Made by a program: the position numbers and the translations under genes. This document shows positions 1 through 13,333 of a stretch of 64,000 nt of DNA, piece after piece. The stretch is from the NCBI GenBank assembly GCA_965235115.1, contig OZ249436.1, forward strand, positions 8,558,001 through 8,622,000, in the 5' to 3' direction. Below the pieces are notes generated by a model, which ran no database searches, was not told the DNA's origin, and saw only the letters and a list, made by a program, of their open reading frames with translations. Each line of letters begins with the position of its first letter. The first letter of the stretch is position 1. This stretch comes from Laetmonice hystrix (lineage: Eukaryota).

Positions 1-92
1 AATCTATTCAGTATTCAGTAACATAGACTCCAATTGACTTGTGTTAGTCTTTTCCGCGTGGTGGCAGCACTATCAACCCGGTCCCCTTGGGC

Positions 93-299
93 CACATTAT
101 TATGACGTTAGATAGGACGGCGAAATGCTAATCTATCACTAGGTGCCGTAGTGCTATTTGTTATGAAATATTATGGTGCGTTTAGGAGTTCTTCAACATG
201 GTGGAGCCTATCGAGTTATTATTTTTCATAACAAATAATCTAAACGCATCCTGCCACAGATTAGCATTTCGTCGTCCTATCTAACGTCATACTAATGTG
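93..299. mobile_element. MITE with ~40-bp terminal inverted repeats, in a KNTC1 intron
   Basis: tatgacgttagataggacggcgaaatgctaatct (101-134) is inverted at 258-291, and the match extends imperfectly outward. Confidence 0.75.
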
Positions 300-386
300 T
301 AGCCATGAGGACCGGGCGACAGTGCTGCTGCCACGCAGATATTACCGGAATGCGCCGTTGCGCATGCGTCTCAGGTCCCTCATTAC

Positions 387-3300
387 CTGGTTCACAGTGT
401 GTAACTGCCAATCTTGTCAGTTCATGGACGCGCTCTGCCAGGTTAGACACCAGAGAACACTGTTCAATAAACTTCTCCTCAGCCTGGGCGTTCACAACAT
501 GGTAAGCCACCTGGTAGAGTACTGCAGCAGTAGAAGGACCTGGGAAGTGATGGTGAAGATTTCTGCAATGAAATTAAACAGATACAAATCATTCACTCCA
601 AACATATACATCAAAAACTCAATTCAAAGTCACACTTTGGCATGATACTGACTCAAAAAGTCTACATGTGTGAGAGTGTGGGACACGCATTAACCATAAC
701 CAAATTTGAAAAACGAGAAGCCCTGAACAGGACATCCCAGTGATTTGTACGCAAATAATACAGTCGAGCTAATAGAGATGTAATTGATAGTCAGACAGTG
801 TCATCTGTTTCAGAAACATATTGGTACCTACAGTGCTCGTTTGATGGCGATGTCTATCTGCCCGGTACATGCTGCAGTGATTGCGAGGCGACCATCAAAC
901 GCATCCTTTGACACTTTCAGCAAATCAGACAACCTGAGAGAGGAGGCAACTTTGACAGATTACTCAAGTTATAAAGTCTATTTAAAAACGAATGACATTT
1001 AGATTTTGAATAGTGTCCAGACAGCCTCCTCACAGGGTTCTGACATAAATATTTATAAAGATAAAAAAGGTAGTCAAGTGTTTTAAATTATTATATTCTT
1101 GCTGTCACATTTGCGTTCAGACATTGGTACATTAAAATAAAAAAGACCCATACAGTTTCGAGAACACCAAACTCGGAACTAACCTAAACCCAACCCAAGC
1201 CTCACCTGTACAATAAATTGTATGACCATTTCTTTTGTTTTCCTGGTTTTCGATCACTGGTCACATCTGCTCCCTGAAAAAGATAAGGTGTCAAAACCAT
1301 GAGGATAAGTCATTCTCAGGGGCTTGAACAAAGCCAACAATTAAATATATTTGAAGCCTTTCCTTACTTCATGAAATATGACAATTTTGGTCCAAGCTAT
1401 TCAACTAAAATTTGAGTGTTTTCTACAAATCTGCAAATTATTCCAGTGATATGATACATACAAAATACACATGATTTTGAACTACATCTGATTTTGATTA
1501 TCTCACATTTTAATTTTTATAAAATTTCCCCCATTAACTTACTGTTGGTGGGTCAGGAAGAGTAAGACCTCCCGGGTTCTTGAAGAACCTGACCGTATAT
1601 CCACTAAGCATATCCTCACGGAAGCTTACAATCTGGTAATCTCTGTGGGAAGGGAACACTCCAAACTCGACCTAATCATTTACAACAAAGAAAGCTGTCT
1701 CGGTCACAAACATCACTTCTAATTTTTTGTTTTAATTAGAATATATGTCTATGATGATACATGAAAATATTAGTTCATTTCTGAATGGGAAATATGTAAA
1801 TGTATGAGTGTTAATGCTTCAACTAATAATTTTAAAAAAACAATACCTGAAGTGCATGGATGTTCTGCATTGTTTTCAAAGTGTCAGACAATTGTTCGAC
1901 CATGTCATTTTCTGCAAAGAAAAGCCAAAATAAGGAAACTCTGAAGCACAGCTGACTCCTTGGTTAGAGTGATCAACAATCAAGTTTTACAATAAGTCAT
2001 ACCAAAATTTCTCTTGATGCATGTATTTGTACGAAACTGAAAGGTTTTTGACGAGTTAAGTGAAATACAGATACAATAGGGCGCCTAAGTCTCGTGACCT
2101 GGATATGCAAATGACGTTAAATAGCCTCAAACCAGCTCGCGATAGCACCAAACTTGCGCCATGCGATTGTGACGTCAAAAATTTCCGCATAGGATTAGCA
2201 TTGGCAGGGCCGACAGGTTTACAAAAACCAGCCCGTATATTCACAATCTAACTTTCTAAACTATAAAACAAACTTTATCCCAGGGTAAACATGCCAGCTA
2301 TCATGTATTGTAATGGTGAAATATTAACAGCGACTTCACTGCAGAATGAAAATATTTTAAAGTTGACTGTCAGTGTCACTGTTCCCTATGGCCATCGCAA
2401 TGTTAAACCAGCGAGGCTATCTGCTCCTTGTCCCGACAACGTGAAATCTCTTGAATTCTCGTGACATACTTAGGCGCCCTATTCAAAATAGATATGCTCT
2501 CCTGCTTGCATTTAATGACCTTTCCAATCAAACACTTTCCATACCTAGATCATGGAGAGTCAGTAGGAGTGAAATGATACGACAGGAAGCATACGTGTAG
2601 AGCAGCATCTCCCTCTGGCTCTCCTACATCAAGACAACAAAATAGGGAATGTTTCTCAAGTACATGTGTCAAATCCATGTTTATAGAAGAAACGTTTGAT
2701 TGTGTAAATTTCTTTAGGCAAAAACACTGGAGATTAATCTCGGATTTTATGAGGATTGCCCTGTTTTATCAAAATTGTTGATTCAGAGGCTTGAGTTCTT
2801 TATCATACAAACCACTGGGAGTATGATGATGGTGCTGTCTAGGACAGTGATGGCCATGTCAATGAACCTTTGACCCAGTCTGATGCACACTTGACGGGGG
2901 AGACCTTTCATGAAGTGTATTGCCTCCTCAACCTGTGAAAACAAGTCAGGGAGCATGACAAAACAGAATATCATCCCGAAAAATAGCCTACCTGTTATGC
3001 AATCAGAAACCTTCAACAAAGCTGATGAAATATGTCAATTGCAATTCTAATTTACTGGTCAAAGCGTTTTTGTAAGTGCACCTCAACAGCGAAATCACTG
3101 CACTTCAGAATACCATACTTAGTCCACGATGCACAACATAAACAGCAAGTGAATGTCTACCAATGCTGCATGTCGGAAGCTATACATACCCTGTTGCCTT
3201 CGACTAAGAATATAAGCCTGTAGTAATAGACTAAGATATCTTCCAGCCTGTCAAAATGACTGACTGCAGCAAGGGCATCAGCAATGGCTGTCTCCCTGTC

Positions 3301-6300
3301 CTGGCAGATGATGTACTGGAGAAGTCTCTGTCAGCAATAACAACCAAAATAACAGCTGTTAGAGTCAAAGGTACACAACAAAACTCTGTCAGCAATAACA
3401 ACCAATATAACAGCTGTTAGAGTCAAAGGTACACAACAAAACTCTGTTAGCAATAACAACCAATATAACTGACCTTTAGAGTCAAAGGTACACAACAAAA
3501 CTCTGTCAGCAATAACAACCAATATAACTGACCGTTAGAGTCAAAGGTACACAACAAAACTCTGTCAGCAATAACAACCAATATAACTGACCGTTAGAGT
3601 CAAAGGTACACAACAAAACTCTGTCAGCAATAACAACCAATATAACTGACCGTTAGAGTCAAAGGTACACAACAAAACTCTGTCAGCAATAACAACCAAT
3701 ATAACTGACCGTTAGAGTCAAAGGTACACAACAAAACTCTGTCAGCAATAACAACCAATATAACTGCTGTTAGAGTCAAAGGTACACAAAACATTGCTGG
3801 CCTATTGCCCTCTACTAGTCCTATTGATAGTCGTGCTCACTTTTCTCATGATTTACAACATGCACTGGTTATAGTTTCAGACTACAAAATAATGTCAAAG
3901 GTACCTGAGCAGTATCTTCAGTCAGCATTTTGTTCCTCCGGAGGTCGTACTTGATGAGAAGCTTACGGAGCTCAACCGTTCGACACTGCTCTTTCAATTC
4001 TGCCACCCTGCAGGAAACACAATCCAACTGAAATAAGCTCAATAAATATTAAAGAAAAAATTGATATAAGAACACTCGAGTGGGATTCGAGTCCAAGGAC
4101 AAGTCTCAAGGATACTGAAGCCCAGTACACAGCTTTCAGATGTACAAAACGCTGTTACATTATGTACTCAACAGGCAATCTGGATGGCTGATTTGTATTG
4201 TTCACCCAACACCTGGGGCAAGTTGATAGAATGGTTGGGCTAGTCCAACAGACCAGACAATAGTCTGATGGCTATCGCTCTGACCCAACATAGACTTTTA
4301 AAAACAAGTGTAGAGGGCGTGTGGATGTCAGAGCCAGGCAAGTGGAGTTTTGTAGTCCACTTGTGCAGTGGTAAGTGATCAATTTGAAAAATCGGCCACC
4401 CATGCTGAGTTGAAAAAAACTTCATTTTTTTTAAATTTGATCAGACCCAAACTTACATCTGGTGGTTGAGAGCCAGCCCATCCTTTACCAGAGCCTCCAT
4501 ATCTTCACTCCACGGTACATATGCCCACCTCACAGCAGCCTGGATCGCCTTGCATTTATACTGTCAAACAGCGGTCAAACTCTAAATACAATATCACACT
4601 TTCCTACAAGCTCCTTTTTTGTGGGAAAGACACCCAAAAGTTTTCTGACCTTTTTCTTTCTATTTTACCCATAGGCTCCTCGGCCAAAAGTCCTTCACTT
4701 ACCCCTCCCTAAAAAAGAAGTTATCTGAAAAACCCTAAATATGTCAAATATTTGGTATCAGTAAATTTGAAGTGTTTTGCTTATTTTTTTGTTTGTTTGT
4801 TTGCTAGCTATATTTAAATCATAATAAATATACTTTAAGTTTCTTGTTAGCAACATGAAGACTGTCTTACCTCTGGGTCAGAAATGCTGTCAATGACAGC
4901 AATAGCCTTTGGCTCCCATACCGACTCTCCCATCTGAGACCCACCCTGGTTGTGCCTGTCCGCGAGGTCCTGTCAACAAACGGTGAAAATATAGCAGTCC
5001 ATCACGACAGATTGATGTTTTACTTTAGAATTATGTTGGACAGACAGGCCCTTACTCAGGAATCTACAAGATTTTCAATTTCACCTTTTCATGACTATAT
5101 AAATCTATATTAAATACTTTACCAAAATAGAGGGATGCAACTATAGATTTCTGATAACTGTAAATTATCCCATTCAAAGGGTGTTGGCCTTATGAATAGG
5201 ATAAATCTTACCCCTATGTACTGAAAGAGCATCTTGTCCTCATTTAGATGATGTTCCTTCATGTATGGCCGGACTGTCTGCTGTATTGCAGAAGGAACAA
5301 GTTCCACCGCTGCTACACGGTCCAACATTCGGTACGTGATCGACTCCGTACATTCCTAGGACATTCACCGCACACATTACTCATTCCATAATAGAACGCC
5401 AATTACATTCTGATACTCAATACATGTTGTGTACATCTATTTTGAACATGACCTGTTCAGCACAGTAAATATTGAAAAATAAAAACGGTTCTGTCACCAA
5501 ACAATGAATATAGACTCCTGATTATGACTGCTCTATTCATCGAAAATTCACTAAAATTCTCAGAGAGAGCTGTTTATTGCCGCAGCAGTCCCTCTCAGCA
5601 TTTGTTGAAACTTGTCTATTATTGATCAGACCTGTCTGTATTCATCCAGCGTGAGGCGGCAGTTGTATTTAGTCTTAAGGCTGAGCAGGTCACGAAGATC
5701 CATGATCAACATGTGAAGATCTGCAAATGCATCAGTTTCTTCACTCCCTGGCAGCTGCAAGACACAACACACAGAAATACAACCATCACACATGGTTACA
5801 TTTCTAGGCATTTAACACCCCACTAGACAAGCAAAATAAAAAATTCTTACAATAAATTGCCAGGTATTTCTTTATAAACACATCTAAAATGAAAAGGCTG
5901 AGAGGCTAACTTCTATTTTGAGCAATATTTTATATTTTGATATTGAAAGCTCAGAGTATTTTGAGCTTTCTTAAGTGTGGTAAAACATGCCTGCACAAAA
6001 GTACCGGCAAGTCCTGATGCAACTTGCACAAACTGACAAAGATTGCAACTTACTTGCAAAGCAGCCCAAAATTTCACAATTCAATTTTTGATTCGAAAAG
6101 TATCAAAAACATTAAATATTATAATATTTGGGTAAGAATGAAAGTCCCCACTGTAAGACAAGCTATGTAAGCAAGTTATAGGAGAGCACGCTTTGGATAT
6201 GGTCACAAGTACCTACAGTTTAGGAGCAGTCGAGCAGGGATTTGCAGGAAAGCAATTATTATGCCCAGATTATGCCTCTGGTGAATGTCAATAATGCTCA

Positions 6301-9300
6301 ACCCTAAAGCATCATTTCTCAGCTCAAAAATAGACCGTGATTCATTTACAATGAATGTTTTAAGGTTTTATGATTTGAAGGTTACAGGCCAAATGATCTG
6401 AAGAATGAATCATAGAGCAGCATAAGACATGTCAGAGGTTAGTAAACCGTTTCTCAAATTTCACGCGATGCACGATGCCAGTAGGTAAGCACAGGAAACA
6501 ATAATAATGTGATAACCTGGTTTCCTGGCTGGAAGAGGCCATAGACACCGGCTTTCCATTTCTAGGAAAATAAGATGCACAGTGCAACAATAACTAAGAA
6601 CATATCTTAAATCAATTCTTCATAACAAATTTTAATTTCTCAGTTCAAGATTTCAGTACCAATTTCCTTGACTTACCTGTCTATTGTTCACCTGAGAGTA
6701 GGCCACTGAAAGGCAGCATGCTTGAGCTGCAAACTCCTTGGCAGTGACCATACCCCTTTGACAGGTCGACTGGGAAATGGACACACATGAGATCTGTAGT
6801 AGCTCAGCAATCATTATTCCATTCTTAGGCCAGTGTTCCTGTAAAAACAAGTGTCATGTTCGTTTGCAAAGCTTATACTAATATAGCTTCTTCTAGACCC
6901 CAGAAATACAAATTATATATTAAAATGCACCATTTCTAACACTCACCTTTTCAAGAATTTCTAACATGCGTGTTCGTTGATCAAGCCAAACTGCAATTTT
7001 ATCCTGTGAGAATGAGAGACAAAAGAGAAAAAGTAAAATAATATGCTCAACAATGTTTTAAATAATTTATGAAGTCTATAGATCTAAAGGTTTATAATAG
7101 TTGGTTGTTTGGGCCTGTTCCAGTTTGGGTTGAAATCTCACCAAAGATTCTGGTAGTTTCCGTATGACGTATGGTATGAAATCATCGGACAACCAGGGTC
7201 TGAGAACATCAGAAGGCACAGTTTCTGGAATGCTGGCCAGGATGTTTTCCAAAACTTCCTCATTGAAGACTTCATCAAACTCATTCTGAAAAATGTATTT
7301 CAAGTGAAAAATTACAAATTCTTCCACATTCTCCGTTTTACTCTCTGAAGTTGAAGCAGATTAATGAAAACAAAGTATTAGTAATAGGAGTCAGCCCAGC
7401 CATATTTCTAACATTTTTAATGAACAATAAATTCTGTGTCCTTGTCAAAGACTTTGAGTCTGGCTTTTATGGCAACAAAAATTATTGGTTCAAGTTCATT
7501 TATTTATTTTTTTGCTAATTACCCAGTGTCTCCTCCACAGACAGAAAGCTATGGACATGCTTCCTGAGCTGAGCCAGCGCAAGAACTCCACCAGCATGTC
7601 TGCCTTCTGGAAGTGGTCCCAGCCTCTGAAGAAATAGTACAAATAGCTGGAATAATCTTCAGAAAAAATATGATGCATTCCATCACAAACACCAGAAGCA
7701 GAACTGAAAGAAAAAATAAATTTTTCTTTAATGTTTGTGATTTTATATTTATACAGATTTGATGAAATATAATAACATACGTGAACTGGTCTGGCCCAAA
7801 CGCCATGTGGAATGTTGTCAGTCTATGCATGGCCTCCAGTACTTGAGTCATGAGAGCTCCCCTTATGGCTTCCTCCTCGTCACTAGGCGAGGTTGGTGGG
7901 TTCACTCCAGAACAAAGAGGTCGCGACAACTGTTGATGAGAGTTTGAGGTCTAGGTTGGTAAAGTCAAGTTATTCTATCAGGTCTTCCAAAGGTATCAAG
8001 TCAGATGTCTGAAAGATTTTTCTTTTGATTGTGAAACTTTTAAGCATTGCTTTTAAGCTTCAAACAAAACTAAGTGAACTCCAAGGGAGGTGAAAACCCA
8101 AAACGCCTTACCCTGCCTTTAGCATAATTGAAGAGTTCCCACGTAGTCTCCATGCTTGGAGGAGTGGCTTTCAGACAGCAATCAACGACATGGCCATCAT
8201 CCTATAGTCAGAAGTAAAAATAAGATCAGACCTCTGCAAACTGATGTTTATAAACCAATGACATTTGTGATTTTCTATCTAGCTACTCATCCAGAAAATT
8301 GAAATATATTTATTCCCGTTTCTAATTTTAAAAGATTAAATCTGGAAATTCAGATGACAAGCAATCGACACATGGGCAGGGGTTGAAAAATCCAACTTTT
8401 GGCCACTAGCCCAGAGTCGTGTTGTGGGCAAAAAGGGCATTATGTTGGACTAGTAATTTGCTTGGCTCTTGGGGGCAGCCCGACCTGAAAAAATGCTAAT
8501 CCCAGGGCCCAGATTTTTCGACCCCTGATGGCTTTAGGTAACTTCACCATAAAGCCACTCCCACTAAAGCTCAAGAACTTGTACTAAGGTTACTTAATTA
8601 ATGTTACTTAAAATCAAACGTTATCTGATTTAAAGACTCTAACGGTCGTCTTAGATTCCTCTTCATTAATGATTCAGAGATTTACTTACTTTGATGATTG
8701 TTAGGCATGCCTGGAGTTCCTCCACAACTTTGTTTATGTCGACCGGTTCATGGCTGTCAGCCCACCAGGGGGACAGACAATCCAACAGCCAGTTGGCCTT
8801 CACTTTATACACCAACTACAAACAACACACTTCTTACAACTCATAGTATGTCATCTCCACTACCACATTAAAAAAAGGTCTAAAAAATATGCAGCAGCAG
8901 CAAAAAAAAAAAAAAACCTTTTTATAACTGTGACTTGGTTTAGGAAATAAAGACCAGGGCCAGGTCCATGTTTGTTCAAGTGACAAAAAAAGTGTAATTC
9001 AGTACAGTATGTGCAGTGAGTGATACTCCATTCCAAAATATTTACCAGCCCAATTTTTTATGACTCTTCTGGCATATCCCGAAGAGAAATTCATTGCTCT
9101 CCTGCTATTTTCAAATCTGAAGCCCTGTCTAACCTAACAGCCCATGTCTGCATTTTGGAGTCATTGAAATGAGAGATACTCGTGGATTGCTTTAATTTTA
9201 AATATTTAAATTTTTACATACCTCTACATCTAAGGAAAACTCCTGTGCTAGTTTTTCTGCTGCTTCAAACTTGCGCTTGTGAAGCAGGCGTGAATATCGC

Positions 9301-12300
9301 ACGTCTGGTTGACCTTCAGTCAGACATCGTAGTCGTAATGTGTCAATCACATCACTACTTCTATGAAAAAGATGACAGAAACTGGCATGTGTCATTACCA
9401 ATAACTATGGATTACATAAATAGAAATCATATCCAAGATGGAGTCACGAATTCACACTAACATTACGAGACAAATTCTTACATACCCTTTCCCTTTCTCA
9501 TTGACTCCCTCCACCACAAAGATGGCTTCCTGAAATGAAACAAGAAAGTCCTTCTGTCTTCCAAATTTGTAGCAGTGAGGGTTTCCTCATAGCTAGAACT
9601 AGAATTGCTGGTGCACCCTCCTATTCTCCTACTCTTAAAAACATTAATTACAGCGATCCAATTCTAAACATGGGCCAGCTTTTCAAAAGGTAAACTTGCC
9701 GGCAATGAATTCTTACAACCCCACATAAAATCTGCAGCCTTTATAAATTAACCTGCAGTTCCTGGGGATTTTTAGGATGTCTTCCAGAAAAAGTCACTGA
9801 GACTATATGGACTATGCCAAATTCTCCACAAACCTGCTGTGGTGGGACATGGACCAATAGAGTTGGGGAGCTCAGCTGAAGGCTGTACTCTGGCATCAGG
9901 TTAGGCAGGCTACACAGGAGCAGGTTAGTGCTCCCCTCTGGACTTGGCATAAGTGTCAACGCTAACTTCACCCCACTCCAACTGTGAAATAGACACCAAG
10001 TTATTAATCATTACGAAAAAGGTAAAACATTAAAACATTGAAATGCCAGGATGTTTTGCATGAAAAAGCTGAGGGGAGGGTGTCAAACATGGTAGACTAA
10101 TATTTACTTTTCACTGATCCGGTGTGCCTCTTGACCAGGTTCAAGCAGTAAAAAGTCTGAGATGAGATTTTCAGTCCAATGGCGGAGCATGGTGAGGGTG
10201 GGGAGATGCCAAAGTGTTAAGGTGTGCTGAAAAGGAACCATTCACTTTACTCCAGATTTTTATATAGCGATTAGATATGTTAGCTATAATATGGGATCAA
10301 TTTACCTATGTATAGAACAATGGGAACATTTTAAATTACCTCTTCAGTCAGAGCAAGAAGAAAGCGTCCATCTTGTACAACAGCTATCTTCACAATGCCT
10401 GAAATATGCACATAGGAAAATGACAAATGATTATCTTAAAGTTAGAAATAGCAAAGATCAGTTCTTTCAGTACCTAAACATTTTACAACACCTGGACTTG
10501 AAGTATGAATAAAGGGCATAAAACCGAATTTGTCTTTTTATTTTTCGAATAAGAAGAAATGCTGAGGCATTTGACAGCGTTTGCTTTATTAAAATGTGTG
10601 CAACTGCTGAAGACTTAATATTTATTACCGGTAGTTGAGTCTGGTTATAATAAACAGGCTTTTAACGAATTTCTGCCTACATTGAAGTGCTAAAACATGA
10701 TTAAAAAAAAGACTATACAGAAGACGTTTTATGACACTTACCTCCAGTAAGCATACAATGGACCCTTTTCACAGGGCCGCTGTTTGTATTGTCTCTGTCC
10801 CAGAGGCATAGGGTAGATTCTCCATACCCCTGGTAATAAAGAAATTACACTATATAACATAGCTAGCTGCTAAGAGATTCATTTCATAAATCTGTAAATG
10901 GAAAATGACATGATAAACTAATTGTAATGACAATTCAAGCTTGACAATATAAGCAGAAACAAAAGTATTTAGAAAGAACAGCAGTAAAATGATTAACTCA
11001 TGACTGATGGAAAAAATCAACATAAGTGCCAATTCATAACTCACAGAAGTAACAATGAATCTTCTACCATGGCTAGCAACTGAAGCTAAGCTTGTCGTGC
11101 CTTCAGTATGTTCAGTGCCCACAGTGATAGCGCTGAACTTAAGGTTAGCCTGAAAGGCTGGCGACACTTTCAGGTTGCCATCTTCAACACCTGTAATGCA
11201 AGGTCAAAAGAGAGCATAAGTTACCCAAAAGCTAATAGATTTTGTTGTGAAGTAAATTCTATAGACCCGGTATGGACTGCAATGCAACCAAAACACCTGT
11301 ATGCTATTACTAGGATGAGATTTGTTATTCCTGTTATAAATGAATCCTCATGTGATTACCCCTGCTGTACATAGGGATCTCCATGAGCTTTGCACAAAAA
11401 ACAGTTCCTGTTTTCTATTTGATAAAATGAATTGTGTGCATTACAGGAAGGAAAACGGGCAGGATTTATAAATAAGATATGAGCAAGAACCATAAAAATT
11501 TGTTAGCATCATAACTGTACTGTATTATATATGACTGACCAAAACAACTTACAACTTTGTAATTGAGCTATATTCAAGTTATTTAAGCAGTACAGCAGTC
11601 CAGTTGTTGTCAGTACCAATACATCACAAATGTCTTCATTGAGTGAAGATGAGAATCCAATATGGGCAAATGTAGGTTTTCCTGGAGTTGTATCTGGAAC
11701 TATAGTCTGAAAGAAAAAATGTCAGTAGAGTACAATAAATTCAATTTCAGTCAGGCAATTTATATCACAAAGAAGCTGGGAGAAAATACACCCTTCCTGG
11801 CTACAGTCGTGTAAAGCCCATTTAGGCAGGAAATTACAATTTGCTTCTGCCAAAAATGTCCTAAGGCAATCACCTTTGAGAAGACAGGCATCTGTGTCAG
11901 TGCATCAAGGAGGTGGATGCTGCCATTATTTTCTCCAATCACAAGGAAGTTGCCCGTGTGATCCCATGCCAGGACATCTACCTCAGATTCTGAAATCAGT
12001 GAAAATGAAGGGAAACTCATAAAATGCTTGACTAATAGTAATTGTTGTCAAGTCAAACTAACTGAAAGGATCAGTACATTTAAGGCCCCCTGATGCCACA
12101 CAAATGGCAGAAACCTACCTATATGGTTAAAGAAGTCTTAGCCCATTTCCTTCCAAAAATCTGTATTGTTGGTTTGTATCATATCTTGGGCAATGAATAT
12201 TGCTTTAATAATTGATTGTTTTAATAAATGAGCATTAGTATTATATCAACTAAACACAAAAGCAACCAAGGCCACACTTTTTTCATTGTTTGGTTTTTCC

Positions 12301-13200
12301 CCCCAGAACTTTTATGATAGTTACAATTTTATTTTTTTCTACTTTTGCATTTTCCCAAACCAAACAAAAAAAGTGTGGTCCAAACAACTTTTAATCACTG
12401 ATAATTGATGCCAGTGCCAATAAGTCAGACAGCAGTATGCAGTAAGCTTACCAAAGGCTAGTGTGATGAAATATTTATGGCCCTCATCTCCCAAGAAAGA
12501 AACATGTGGACCTGCAGCTACACACACTTGGTCACATACAGCTGCTGCCCTAACAACAGGATTGGACTCAATCTGCATAAAGAAAATACCATAAAGTGAT
12601 AAACAAATATACTGCAGTCCATATTCAGATAAAATACGATCAACAAATACACTGCAGTCAATATTCAGATAAAATACCATCAACAAATACACTGCAGTCA
12701 ATATTCAGATAAAATACCATCAACACATACACTGCAATCAATATTCAGATAAAATACCATCAACAAATACACTGCATTCAATATTCAGATAAAATACCAT
12801 CAACAAATACACTGCAGTCAATATTCAGATAAAATACCATCAACATCTCAGAGCCAGCAAAACAAGTCATCAGATTATTTTGTTATACATAATCAAAAAG
12901 AAATTTCTTTCATTATCACCAGCATAGAATCATTAATGTTTCAAACGGTAAAAGTGAGAATAATTCTTTAATTTCTTGAAACCTTAAATTCACCAGGCTT
13001 CTCACGGGACTAGAATGGTGAGCATATATTTAAAACACAATTTTAAAGGAGACATGGATTGCTTATGTTACCTCATCATTAGATGTTATCAAGGCTGTTG
13101 TATCAACTTGGTACAGTGCACTTCCAGACTCAAGCCTTGGTCCAAAGTTTCCAGTTTCATCACCACCGAAGTCAACATCAACTACATCCCAAGATGCCAT
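387..13200 (-). CDS. KNTC1: Kinetochore-associated protein 1 (Rod, RZZ complex), 5' part; gene continues beyond the left edge of the window
   Basis: Exons joined by hand with GT-AG sites and consistent phases: 13072-13200, 12452-12572, 11874-11989, 11553-11706, 11045-11190, 10742-10829, 10340-10398, 10108-10226, 9834-9981, 9486-9529, 9222-9360, 8690-8815, 8112-8201, 7781-7950, 7523-7625, 7142-7285, 6947-7003, 6677(or 6692)-6838, 5632-5754, 5212-5355, 4871-4969, 4457-4560, 3905-4007, 3190-3327, 2813-2932, 2545-2623, 1847-1911, 1543-1671, 1206-1273, 832-933, 387-562. Peptides MASWDVVDVDFGGDETGNFGPRLESGSALYQVDT, LRCLTEGQPDVRYSRLLHKRKFEAAEKLAQEFSLDVE and WEPKAIAVI resemble KNTC1 as I recall it. 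Confidence 0.93.
2079..2479. mobile_element. MITE with TA target-site duplication and GG...CC termini
   Basis: TA|GGGCGCCTAAGT ... ACTTAGGCGCCC|TA. Confidence 0.75.
3326..3790. repeat. 58-59-bp minisatellite, 8 copies, containing the 3' splice site of a KNTC1 exon
   Basis: Unit ctctgtcagcaataacaaccaatataactgaccgttagagtcaaaggtacacaacaaaa starts at 3326, 3384, 3442, 3501, 3560, 3619, 3678 and 3737. Confidence 0.95.
8377..8527. mobile_element. Short MITE with CAGGGG termini (hAT-like)
   Basis: CAGGGGTTGAAAAATC ... GATTTTTCGACCCCTG; no clean TSD. Confidence 0.6.
12582..12846. repeat. 40-bp minisatellite, about 6.5 copies, just upstream of the KNTC1 coding exon 2 acceptor
   Basis: Unit aaaataccatcaacaaatacactgcagtcaatattcagat. 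Confidence 0.93.
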
Positions 13201-13333
13201 GTCTGAAAACATGTCAGAAAATATTATGACACAACAAATACAGACAAAATGATTGACATCCTGCATAAAAAGATCTATACCTTGGCTTTGACAATAGAAA
13301 GTTCACATAAAAGATTTCTCTAAAAAAAACTTT

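Noticed and set aside
4074..4105. tRNA gene from a TCGAATCCC B-box-like motif on the minus strand
   Set aside because: No cloverleaf or A box; at most a decayed SINE fragment.
7951..8011. KNTC1 acceptor at 8009-8011
   Set aside because: It introduces an in-frame TAA; the acceptor at 7951-7953 keeps the frame open.
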